This document shows positions 37,699 to 46,416 of a stretch of DNA of 64,000 nucleotides, piece after piece. This DNA is from an uncultured Acetobacteraceae bacterium (GTDB lineage: Bacteria; Pseudomonadota; Alphaproteobacteria; Acetobacterales; Acetobacteraceae), in NCBI GenBank assembly GCA_964246745.1, contig CAXTRK010000011.1:11173-75172 (forward strand), written 5' to 3'. The notes below the pieces were generated by a model. That model was not told the origin of the DNA, did not search any database, and saw nothing but the letters and a program-made list of their open reading frames with translations. The number at the start of each line of letters is the position of its first letter. Position 1 is the stretch's first letter. The position numbers and the translations under genes are program-made.

Positions 37699-38757
37699 AT
37701 GGAACGACGCACCTTTATCAAAGCGACCGCCCTGAGTGCCGCGATGTCGGCACTTGGGCCGGCCGCCTATGCGCAGATCACCACCAGCCAGGGCGGCACG
37801 GTCAAACCGACCGGCCCGGTGACGTCGAAAATCCCGCAAAATCCGCAAATGAAATATCGGCCGCTGGGGCCTACCGGAGAGATGGTGTCGCTGATCGGCG
37901 TGGGCGGCTTTCATCTGGCCAAGCCGGGTGGAATGACCAGCTCGGAAGCGGTTCGCGTGGTGCATGCATCGATCGATAACGGCATCAACTTCTGCGATAA
38001 TTGCTGGGACTATAATGCGGGCGAGAGCGAGGTACGGCTTGGCCGCGCGCTTGAGAATGGCTGGCGCGACCGCGTGTTCCTGATGACCAAGATCGACGGC
38101 CGCGATGCGAAGGCGGCGATGGGTCAGATCGAACAATCGCTGAAACGGCTGAAAACCGATCATCTTGACCTGCTGCAGTTCCACGAAGTTATCAGGATGA
38201 GCGATCCGGAACGCATTTTTGCCCCGAACGGCGCGATCGAGGCGGCGCTGAAGGCGCGTGATCAGGGCAAGCTACGGTATATCGGTTTCACCGGACACAA
38301 GAGCCCGGCGATCCACCTGCACATGTTCCAGGTAGCGGATCAGCACAACTTCCATTTTGATACGGTGCAGATGCCGCTCAATGTCATGGACGCGCATTTC
38401 GACAGCTTCCAGCACCAGGTGCTGCCGGTGGCGTTGGCGCACCATACCGCGGTGCTCGGCATGAAGGCGTTCGGCGATAAGTTCATCTATGAAAGCCACG
38501 CCGTCTCGCCGATCGACATGCTGCAATATCCGATGAACCTGCCGATTTCCATACAAATCACCGGCATTGATGGCATGGATATTCTGCATCAGGATCTTGA
38601 GGCCGTAAGGACCTTTACGGAGTGGTCGCCAGAAAAACGCAACGAAATTCTCGCGCGCACGGCCAAGATCGCGGCCACCGGCAGCACCGAGAAATACAAG
38701 ACGACGCATCACTTTGATGGGACTTGGCACAATCCCCAATGGTTGACGCAAGCCTGA
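37699..38757 (+). CDS. Aldo/keto reductase with Tat signal peptide
   Basis: MERRTFIK twin-arginine leader; catalytic D/Y/K/H in DNCWDY, MTKID and QFHE; starts 10 nt after larB. Confidence 0.85.
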   Translation: MERRTFIKATALSAAMSALGPAAYAQITTSQGGTVKPTGPVTSKIPQNPQMKYRPLGPTGEMVSLIGVGGFHLAKPGGMTSSEAVRVVHASIDNGINFCDNCWDYNAGESEVRLGRALENGWRDRVFLMTKIDGRDAKAAMGQIEQSLKRLKTDHLDLLQFHEVIRMSDPERIFAPNGAIEAALKARDQGKLRYIGFTGHKSPAIHLHMFQVADQHNFHFDTVQMPLNVMDAHFDSFQHQVLPVALAHHTAVLGMKAFGDKFIYESHAVSPIDMLQYPMNLPISIQITGIDGMDILHQDLEAVRTFTEWSPEKRNEILARTAKIAATGSTEKYKTTHHFDGTWHNPQWLTQA

Positions 38758-38777
38758 AGTGGTTGACGCAAGCCTGA
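38740..38777. repeat. 18-bp tandem direct repeat duplicating the AKR 3' end
   Basis: TGGTTGACGCAAGCCTGA at 38740-38757 and 38760-38777. Confidence 0.85.
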
Positions 38778-38792
38778 CCCGCGGCCAACGCT

Positions 38793-40271
38793 TCACTCCA
38801 GCAGCACGGCGCGCAGCGACTGCCGCGTTCCCTCCGAGATGATGGCGCGACGAATGCCGGCGACCTCTGTGAGGAAGTCGGGATAGTTCTCCAGGCCCCA
38901 GCCGGCGAACACGCTCATGCCGAGAAAGGCGCCGGGATCGCTGGACGCGGCCATCGCTCGATCCGCGTCCGTCAGCAGCGGCTCAGACACCGAATAGGGC
39001 GTGCCGTCATCGTCATGTCCGCGCAGATATTCGGCGAACGCCGCCAGCAGGAAGGCGAGCCGCACTGAAATATGGCCGCCCGAGAGCACCGCCGCCGTCG
39101 TCTCGCGCAGGAACGCCGGCAATTTGGCGGAGCTCTGCCCGGCGATCCGTGCCACCTGGTCGCGGATCGCCGGATTCGAGAAGCGGCGCGTGATCAGGGC
39201 GGCATAGTCGTCGGCAGGCATGCCGGCAGGCGCCGACAGATGCGCAGCCGCATCGCGCGCCAGGAACTGCTCGAGCAGGGTGGCGACCGCCTCGTCCCGC
39301 ATCGCCTGATGGACCAGAGAGAAACCGAGCAGCATGGACGGCAGCGCGATCATGCTGTGGCCGGCATTGAGCATGCGCAGCTTGACCAGTTCGTAGGAGG
39401 CGACGTCGCCGGTGAACTGCGCGCCCACGGCGTCGAGATCAGGGCGGCCGGCGCAGAAATCGTCCTCCAGCACCCATTGGGCGAAGTCCTCGCGGAACAC
39501 CGGCACGCGATCGCCGGCTCCGCTCTGCGCACGCAGGCGTTCGGCGTCGGCTTCGGTGACGACGGGCGCAATCCCGTCCACCATGCTGTTGGGGAAGCTG
39601 ACGGCGCGCTCGATCCATCGCGCCAGATCCGGATCGCGCGCCTGTGCAAAGCCGAGAAAGGCCGCGCGCGCAATGCGGCCGTTATGCATCAGGTTGTCGC
39701 AGCTCAGGATCGTGAAAGGCCCCGCGTTGGCGTCGCGCCGTCGGCGCAGCGCCTCGGTCACCAGGCCGAACACTGTGCGCGGCACCGATTGCGAGAGATC
39801 GTGCGCCACGTCCGGCTGCTCCACCCTGAAGCGGTTGCTCGCGTCGAGATTGTAGCCGCCCTCGGTGATGGTCATGCTGACGATGCGGATCGCCGGATCG
39901 GCCAGGCGGCGCAGCGCGGCCTCGGGGTCGTCTGGAGCGTGCAGGTAGTCGACGATCGACCCGATCAGCCGTACGGAAGCTGGCGCGTCCGGCGGACAGA
40001 GGGTCAGCGTGTAAAGTCCCTGCTGCGCCCGCATCGCGGCCGCCTTGTGGCGCTCGGCCGCGGTGTTGAGCACGCCGATGCCGAGGATGCCCCAATCGTC
40101 ATGTCTGCCGTCGGCAAGCAGCCGGTCGAGATAAAACGCCTGGTGAGCGCGGTGGAAGTTGCCGACGCCGAGATGCGCGATCCCGGGCTTCACCCGCCCG
40201 CGATCGTAGGCGGGCCGGATCACCGCGCCGGCGGCAGGCGCGTCAAGCGAGGCGATCAGATCATTGTCCAC
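38793..40271 (-). CDS. Mannitol/sorbitol dehydrogenase family protein
   Basis: HLGVGNFHRAHQA, MTITEGGY, LSCDN, PNSMVDGIAP and KLRMLNAGHS. Confidence 0.9.
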   Translation of the reverse strand: MDNDLIASLDAPAAGAVIRPAYDRGRVKPGIAHLGVGNFHRAHQAFYLDRLLADGRHDDWGILGIGVLNTAAERHKAAAMRAQQGLYTLTLCPPDAPASVRLIGSIVDYLHAPDDPEAALRRLADPAIRIVSMTITEGGYNLDASNRFRVEQPDVAHDLSQSVPRTVFGLVTEALRRRRDANAGPFTILSCDNLMHNGRIARAAFLGFAQARDPDLARWIERAVSFPNSMVDGIAPVVTEADAERLRAQSGAGDRVPVFREDFAQWVLEDDFCAGRPDLDAVGAQFTGDVASYELVKLRMLNAGHSMIALPSMLLGFSLVHQAMRDEAVATLLEQFLARDAAAHLSAPAGMPADDYAALITRRFSNPAIRDQVARIAGQSSAKLPAFLRETTAAVLSGGHISVRLAFLLAAFAEYLRGHDDDGTPYSVSEPLLTDADRAMAASSDPGAFLGMSVFAGWGLENYPDFLTEVAGIRRAIISEGTRQSLRAVLLE

Positions 40272-40324
40272 GCGCTCTGTTCTCCCAGACCCCGAGCCGC
40301 TTCATCGCGTTGCCTCTAAAGTTA

Positions 40325-40918
40325 TTATGTTTCCAGCCGCCAGATTGAAAGCTGCGCCGCGCCGTGCCGGCGATTTGCGAGCAGGCGGGGCGCGAGCAGG
40401 GGGGGCGCTTCAATCGCCGGGCTTTCGTCGCTGGCGGCCTCGGTTGCGATCAGCGCGCCTGTCGCGATCCAGCCACGCTCACGCAAGGCGGCAAGCGCGC
40501 GCGCGGCGAGGTCGCGGCGATACGGCGGGTCGATAAAGACCAGCGTGCAGCCGCCCGCGGCTGCCGCCGGCGGCGGGCGGATCGCATCCGTGTGCACGAC
40601 CGAGCGCGAAGCAGCCCCCAGAGCGGCGATGTTGGCGCACAGACAGCGCCGCGCGACGGTGTCGATCTCGAAGAACACCGCCCGTGCGGCGCCTCTGGAA
40701 AGTGCCTCCAGACCGAGCGCGCCGGTGCCGGCGAAGGCGTCCAGCACGACGCAGTCAGGCCATGGATCGGCCCATGGCGCGTGGCTCAGCATGTCGAACA
40801 GCGCCTGTCGGACGCGATCCGACGTCGGCCGTGTGGCTGACGTCCGCGCGGCCGTCCCTGGAGCCGGTCCTGGGCCGGCGAGCGTCCGTCCGCGCCATTG
40901 GCCGGCGACGATGCGCAT
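40325..40918 (-). CDS. rsmD: 16S rRNA m2G966 methyltransferase
   Basis: MRIVAGQWRGR, RPTSDRVRQALF, LDAFAGTGALGLEALSRGA and IDPPY. Confidence 0.9.
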   Translation of the reverse strand: MRIVAGQWRGRTLAGPGPAPGTAARTSATRPTSDRVRQALFDMLSHAPWADPWPDCVVLDAFAGTGALGLEALSRGAARAVFFEIDTVARRCLCANIAALGAASRSVVHTDAIRPPPAAAAGGCTLVFIDPPYRRDLAARALAALRERGWIATGALIATEAASDESPAIEAPPLLAPRLLANRRHGAAQLSIWRLET

Positions 40919-40923
40919 GCCCG

Positions 40924-41682
40924 CTACCGCCGCGGCGTCGGGCCGAGGCCGGTCACCTGCTCGCGCAGCACCTTGCCGGGCACCTCCTCGAGTTCGTGCC
41001 GCGAGAGCGTGCCGAGCTGGAACGGCCCGTAGGCGGTGCGGATCAAGCGCGAGACATGCAGGTTCAGGCTCGCCATCACGCGCCGCACTTCGCGGTTGCG
41101 GCCCTCCTTGAGCGCCACCGTGAGCCAGGCATTGTCGCCCTTGCGGCTGTCCAGACCAGCCTCGATCGCTCCGTAACGCACCCCCTCGACCACCGTGCCC
41201 TCGGCAAGCGCTTCCAGCCGGCGCTCGTCGACGACGCCGAAAACGCGCACGCGGTAACGACGTGTCCAGCCGTTCGCCGGCAGCTCCAGGCGTCGGGCGA
41301 GCGCTCCATCGTTGGTCAGCAGCAGCAGCCCTTCGCTCGCGAGATCGAGCCGTCCGACGCTGACCACGCGCGGCAGGCCGGGCGGCAGCGAGGCGAACAC
41401 CGTCGGGCGCTGCTGCGGGTCGCGATGCGTGGTCACCAGTCCGTCCGGCTTGTGATAACGCCACAAGCGCGCGCGATCCGGGGTTCCGATCACGCGTCCG
41501 TCGACCAGCACGATATCGCCGGGCTGCACGAACTGCGCGGGATGGCTGACCACCGCATTGTTCAGGGTGACGCGGGATTGCGCCATCAGCTTCTCCGCGT
41601 CGCGCCTGCTGGCGACGCCGGCGCGTGCGAGCCATTTTGCGATCCGTTCGCCGCGGGCGGCGCCATCGTCGGTGACGATCAT
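40924..41682 (-). CDS. rluB: S4-domain pseudouridine synthase (RluB-like)
   Basis: ERIAKWLARAGVASRR and VGRLDLASEGLLLLTNDG. Confidence 0.82.
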   Translation of the reverse strand: MIVTDDGAARGERIAKWLARAGVASRRDAEKLMAQSRVTLNNAVVSHPAQFVQPGDIVLVDGRVIGTPDRARLWRYHKPDGLVTTHRDPQQRPTVFASLPPGLPRVVSVGRLDLASEGLLLLTNDGALARRLELPANGWTRRYRVRVFGVVDERRLEALAEGTVVEGVRYGAIEAGLDSRKGDNAWLTVALKEGRNREVRRVMASLNLHVSRLIRTAYGPFQLGTLSRHELEEVPGKVLREQVTGLGPTPRR

Positions 41683-42410
41683 CCGCGCGACGCCTCCACC
41701 AGGGCGGAAAACAGGCGCGCGTCGCCAGGATCGATCAGGAACTCGGGATGCCACTGCACGCCGAGGCAGAACCGCCGTGATGGATCCTCGATGCCTTCGA
41801 TCACGCCATCCCCGGCGCGGGCATTGACGCGGGCGGAGCCGGCATCGCGCACCGCCTGATGGTGGGATGAGTTCACCGCCATGGTGTCGCTGCCGACGAT
41901 CCGGCGCAGCAGCGTGTCGGCCACGAGCTCGACCGTGTGACCGGGCTGGTGGCGCGGGTTTGGTTGTTCATGCGGCAGGTGCGCCGCGACCTCGTCCGGA
42001 ATGTGCTGAATGAGCGTGCCGCCAAGGGCGACAGCGAGGAGCTGCTGGCCTCCGCAGATCCCCAGCACCGGCATGTCGCGGGCGAGCGCGCAGCACAGGA
42101 ATGCCAGCTCCGCTGACGTGCGGGCGCTTTTCAGGACCACGCTCTCGTGGCGCGCGCCGCCGCCATAGAGAGCGGGATCAACATCGAAAGCGCCGCCGGT
42201 GACCACCAGGGCGTCGATCCGCTCCAGCATGTCGCCAGCCACGGCCGCGTGATGCGGCAGCGCCACCGGTATGCCGCCGGCCGCGGCGATGCTGTCCATG
42301 TAGTTCTCGCGGAGCGCATACCAGGGGTAAAGCGAGTAGCCGGCGCGCTCGCGCGTTGCCGCCGGCTCGCTGTCGAGGGTAACGCCGATCAGGGGACGCG
42401 CGGATGCCAT
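41679..42410 (-). CDS. Peptidase C26 / gamma-glutamyl-GABA hydrolase family
   Basis: PLIGVT, TGGAFDVDP, LGICGG, VNSSHHQA and QWHPE. Confidence 0.88.
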   Translation of the reverse strand: MASARPLIGVTLDSEPAATRERAGYSLYPWYALRENYMDSIAAAGGIPVALPHHAAVAGDMLERIDALVVTGGAFDVDPALYGGGARHESVVLKSARTSAELAFLCCALARDMPVLGICGGQQLLAVALGGTLIQHIPDEVAAHLPHEQPNPRHQPGHTVELVADTLLRRIVGSDTMAVNSSHHQAVRDAGSARVNARAGDGVIEGIEDPSRRFCLGVQWHPEFLIDPGDARLFSALVEASRG

Positions 42411-42422
42411 GGAGCATTGCTA

Positions 42423-42899
42423 ATGCAGCCTGACGCCCAAGGCGAGATGCGGCCGCGTCATCCGATGGCGTTGGCGCTGCTTGCGGCCAGGCGCGCATCG
42501 GCATGCGGCGAGGTGCCGGTGGGTGCGGTGGTGCTGGGACCCGGCGGCGCGCTGCTGGCCAGCGCCGGCAATCAGGTCGAGGAGCTCCGCGATGCCTCGG
42601 CGCATGCGGAGTTGCTGGCCATGCGCGCAGCCGCCTCCCGGCTCGGCAGCCCGCGCCTGGTTGGCTGCACGCTGGTCGCGAGCCTCGAGCCGTGTCCGAT
42701 GTGCGCGGCCGCCGCATCGCACTTCCGCATCAGCCGCCTGATCTTCGGCGCCTATGATCCGAAAGGCGGCGGCGTCGAACATGGCCCACGGCTGTTCGAT
42801 CAGCCCGGCTGCCTGCATCGGCCGGAGATTACCGGCGGCGTGCGCGGAATGGAATCGTCGGTCCTGCTTAAGGAATTTTTCTCAGCCCGGCGTCGCTAA
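42423..42899 (+). CDS. tadA: tRNA adenosine deaminase TadA-like
   Basis: GEVPVGAV, HAE, LEPCPMC and FGAYDPKGG. Confidence 0.85.
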   Translation: MQPDAQGEMRPRHPMALALLAARRASACGEVPVGAVVLGPGGALLASAGNQVEELRDASAHAELLAMRAAASRLGSPRLVGCTLVASLEPCPMCAAAASHFRISRLIFGAYDPKGGGVEHGPRLFDQPGCLHRPEITGGVRGMESSVLLKEFFSARRR

Positions 42900-43007
42900 C
42901 CAAGCTTTCATCGCCGCGTATAGCTGACGAAGGCCGTGGCGCGTCATAGGACGCACCGAAATCCACACACACGCCCCCTCGCTCCAGGGCACAAGATCAG
43001 GAATATC

Positions 43008-44660
43008 ATGTCTTTTAAGTCTCGCGCCGGCTCAAGCCGGACCACATCTCACGCTTTCCGACGCCGCGTTCCGGCACGCGCCGCGCTGGTGGCGGTTCTG
43101 CTTGCGGGTTCGACGCTGGGTGGCCTCACCGCCGGCAGCCTTGAGACCCGCCCCGCCTTGGCGCAAGGCGCCAGCCAGTCCGCTCCAATCCACCCGCAGA
43201 TGCCGGAGCAGACCCTGCCGAGCTTCACCGGGCTGGTGAAGCAGGTCAAGCCGGCGGTGGTCTCGATCACCGCGATGCTGAGGGCGAGCGCGGTTCCCGA
43301 GGATGAAGGCGGCAGCGAGGGCGGCGGCGGCGGTCAGCAGATGCCGTTCCCCTTCCCGTTCCCGTTCCAGATGCCGCAAGCCAACCCGCACCGGATCATC
43401 GAGGCGCGCGGCTCGGGTTTCATCATCTCCCCGGACGGCTACGTCGTCACCAACAACCACGTCGTCAACGGCGCCACCTCGGTCAAGGTGACGCTCGATG
43501 ACGGCAGCATCTACACTGCCAAGATCGTCGGCCGCGATCCGAGCACCGACCTGGCTTTGCTGCGTATCAACCGGTCCGAGAAGTTCCCGTTCATCAAGCT
43601 CGGCGACTCGAGCACCGTCGAGCCTGGGCAGTGGGTGATCGCGGTGGGCAACCCGTTCGGGCTGGGCGGCACGGTCACCGCCGGCATCGTCTCGGCGCTC
43701 GGCCGCAATATCGGCGACGGTCCCTATGATTCCTTCCTGCAGATCGACGCGCCGATCAACCGTGGCAACTCCGGTGGCCCGCTCTTTGATCAGGAGGGCC
43801 AGGTCATCGGGGTGAACACCGCGATCATCTCGCCGACAGGCGGTTCGGTTGGCATCGGCTTCGCCATACCATCCGACACGGTGCGCGCGGTGGTGGCTCA
43901 GCTCAAGGCGCATGGCAAGGTGACGCGCGGCTTCCTTGGCGTGTCCGCTCAGGAAATCAGCCCGGCGATGGCCAAGGCGTTGTCGTTGCCGAAATCGATC
44001 GGCAATCCGCCATCCGGCGCTCTGGTGGCAAGCGTCGTCGACGGCTCACCCGCGCAACAAGCCGGACTGAAGCCAGGCGACGTCATTGTCTCGGTGGACG
44101 GCAAGAAAATCACGGATCCGCGCGACCTCGCGGTTCAGATCGCCGGCGTCGTGCCCGGCAGCGATGCCACGTTGAAGGTGCTGCGTGACGGCAACCCAAA
44201 GACCCTGAGCGCGCACATCACCAAGCTCGGCAAGAATTCCGCAACACCTGGCGGGGACAATGAGAACCCGAACCATAATGAGTCGATCGGGGTGTCCCTC
44301 TCCGCCCTGACGCCGGACGTGCGTCAGCAGCTCGGCCTTGATGACAGCGTGCGCGGCGTCGCGGTGAAGAGCGTGCGTTCCGGCTCCGCCGCCGATCAGG
44401 CGGGGATCCAGCCAGGCGACATCATCGTCGGCGTCGGCAACCAGGCGGTCTCCTCGCCGCAGCAGGCGGTCAGCGCCGTGCATGCCTCGCTCAAGAACGA
44501 CAATACGGTGGCGCTGCGCATCCTCAGGAACGGCCAGACCGTGTTCGTTGCCATCTCGCCGGACGAGAATAGCGGCAACGGCGCCAACCAGCCGCCCGAC
44601 GACAATGGCGGCAATCCGGGAAACGACGGCGGCGCGCCGGACAATGGAGACCAGGGCTGA
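43008..44660 (+). CDS. degP: DegP/DegQ (Do) family serine protease with two PDZ domains
   Basis: GSGFII, TNNHVV, DLALL, INRGNSGGP; signal peptide. Confidence 0.88.
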   Translation: MSFKSRAGSSRTTSHAFRRRVPARAALVAVLLAGSTLGGLTAGSLETRPALAQGASQSAPIHPQMPEQTLPSFTGLVKQVKPAVVSITAMLRASAVPEDEGGSEGGGGGQQMPFPFPFPFQMPQANPHRIIEARGSGFIISPDGYVVTNNHVVNGATSVKVTLDDGSIYTAKIVGRDPSTDLALLRINRSEKFPFIKLGDSSTVEPGQWVIAVGNPFGLGGTVTAGIVSALGRNIGDGPYDSFLQIDAPINRGNSGGPLFDQEGQVIGVNTAIISPTGGSVGIGFAIPSDTVRAVVAQLKAHGKVTRGFLGVSAQEISPAMAKALSLPKSIGNPPSGALVASVVDGSPAQQAGLKPGDVIVSVDGKKITDPRDLAVQIAGVVPGSDATLKVLRDGNPKTLSAHITKLGKNSATPGGDNENPNHNESIGVSLSALTPDVRQQLGLDDSVRGVAVKSVRSGSAADQAGIQPGDIIVGVGNQAVSSPQQAVSAVHASLKNDNTVALRILRNGQTVFVAISPDENSGNGANQPPDDNGGNPGNDGGAPDNGDQG

Positions 44661-44739
44661 TAGTCGACCGCGGGCTGTCCGGGTCAATGCCGGGCAGAAG
44701 CGGCGGACGGCCAGCGTTGGTGAATAGTCACACCGGCGC

Positions 44740-44988
44740 TCAGCTATGGCCCACCTGGCCATGGGACATCTGGCTGAAGCTCGCGTCACGGATCAGGCTG
44801 GCGCACCGGGTCAGGCTGGCGAACAGGCGGAGCGCGTCGACACCCCCCTGGTCAGCAATGACGCCGTTCTGCATTTCGTCCGCGAGCGTCTCCGCACGCT
44901 CGGCGACGATGCCGATCGCGCGGTCGAGCGCCGCTCGCGCGAGAGCGAGCTGATTGCGCTCGTCCAGTGTCTCCCATTGCGTGTTCAC
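44740..44988 (-). CDS. Small hypothetical helical protein (82 aa)
   Basis: GTG start: VNTQWETLDERNQLALARAALDRAIGIVAERAETLADEMQNG..GGVDALRLFA; fills an otherwise empty gap. Confidence 0.55.
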   Translation of the reverse strand: MNTQWETLDERNQLALARAALDRAIGIVAERAETLADEMQNGVIADQGGVDALRLFASLTRCASLIRDASFSQMSHGQVGHS

Positions 44989-45095
44989 AGCCTGATCGTC
45001 CAAAAATGTTGCCTGGTCAGGATGCGCTAAAGAGATTAATCCAAGGTTTCTACAACCCCAGGGTGCACCGACTTGCCGAATTGGCGCACACAGCC

Positions 45096-45121
45096 GTAAC
45101 TCCCGAGCCGACACGCTCGAA
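45096..45121 (+). promoter_or_regulatory. ECF sigma (SigF/EcfF, ECF16-type) promoter upstream of msrB-msrA
   Basis: GTAACT-N16-CGAA versus consensus GTAACC-N16-CGAA; this sigma group is known to control msrA in alphaproteobacteria. Confidence 0.55.
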
Positions 45122-45209
45122 ACCATGGTCGGCGCTGCGCATCCATTGCCTGGCCGGCGCCGTTCAGGACTTACGGCTGCTATCGCGTAACGCATGCGGA
45201 GCCAATGTG

Positions 45210-45698
45210 ATGACCACTCGTCGAATGCTGCTTGCGCGTGCCTCGGGCCTTGGCGCCGCAATGACGCTGGGCAGGGCCGTTCCGGCTGCCGCGGTGACGC
45301 AGCCCACCCTGATGCTGAGTGAGGCGGAGTGGCGCAAACGTCTGACAGCGGATCAGTTTGACATCCTGAGAGAGGCCGGCACCGAGGCGCCGTTCTCAAG
45401 TCCGCTCGACGCGATGTTCGCGCCCGGCCGCTATGACTGTGTTGGCTGCGGACAGAAGCTCTATTCGTCGAAGACCAAATTCGATAGCCACACCGGCTGG
45501 CCTTCCTTCTGGGAGCCGCTTCCAGGAGCCGTTGCGCGCAAGTCCGACACGAGCTTTCTGATGGAGCGTACCGAGGTGCATTGCGCGCGCTGCGCTGGCC
45601 ATCTCGGCCATGTCTTCGATGACGGGCCGAAGCCGACCGGACTGCGCTACTGCATGAACGGCACGGTCCTGCATTTCGTTCCGGGGGTGAGCGCATGA
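45210..45698 (+). CDS. msrB: Methionine-R-sulfoxide reductase MsrB with Tat-like signal
   Basis: TRRMLL leader; CVGC and CARC Zn sites; GHLGHVFDDGP; RYCMNG. Confidence 0.9.
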   Translation: MTTRRMLLARASGLGAAMTLGRAVPAAAVTQPTLMLSEAEWRKRLTADQFDILREAGTEAPFSSPLDAMFAPGRYDCVGCGQKLYSSKTKFDSHTGWPSFWEPLPGAVARKSDTSFLMERTEVHCARCAGHLGHVFDDGPKPTGLRYCMNGTVLHFVPGVSA

Positions 45699-46405
45699 AC
45701 CGCTTCGCACTGCTCGCCATGGCCGCCTTGCTGCTCGCGGGTGGTCTGGTCCTCGTGGCGCCACGTCTGCACGCCGATGAGCCGCCGAGGCTGGTGCCGG
45801 CGCCACTCGTCACCATGCCGCACGACGCCGAAGCCGGCTTGCGGTCGATTGTTGTGTCAGGCGGCTGCTTTTGGGGCGTGCAAGGGGTGTTCGAGCACGT
45901 GAGAGGCGTCGAACGCGCGGTTTCCGGCTATGCCGGCGGCAGACAAGACACCGCGAACTACGAGACCGTCAGCACCGGCACCACCAAGCACGCGGAATCG
46001 GTCCAGATCACCTATGATCCCAGCCAGATTTCGCTCGGCGACATCCTGCGTATCTATTTTTCGGTGGCGCTCGACCCCACGCAAACCGGCGGCGAGGGAC
46101 CCGACACCGGTCCGCAATACCGCTCGGAGATCTGGTTCAGCAGCCCGGAGCAGGAGAAGGTCGCCCGCGACTACGTCGCTCAACTCGACCAGGACCGTGC
46201 CTGGGGCGCCGCGCTCTCAACCACGGTTGCCAGGCTGCCTGGCTTCTACCCGGCCGAGGCATACCATCAGGACTACCTCACGCTTCATCCGGACAATCCG
46301 TATATCGCCATCAACGACATTCCCAAGGTCGAAGCCTTGCATCGCCTGTTTCCGCGGGAATGGCGCTCCACGCCGACGCGTGTCACTCCCGCGCCGCCGG
46401 CTTGA
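45695..46405 (+). CDS. msrA: Methionine-S-sulfoxide reductase MsrA with signal peptide
   Basis: GGCFWG, QYRSEI and AEAYHQDY; hydrophobic N-terminus; ATGA overlap. Confidence 0.9.
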   Translation: MNRFALLAMAALLLAGGLVLVAPRLHADEPPRLVPAPLVTMPHDAEAGLRSIVVSGGCFWGVQGVFEHVRGVERAVSGYAGGRQDTANYETVSTGTTKHAESVQITYDPSQISLGDILRIYFSVALDPTQTGGEGPDTGPQYRSEIWFSSPEQEKVARDYVAQLDQDRAWGAALSTTVARLPGFYPAEAYHQDYLTLHPDNPYIAINDIPKVEALHRLFPREWRSTPTRVTPAPPA

Positions 46406-46416
46406 GGCACAACGGA

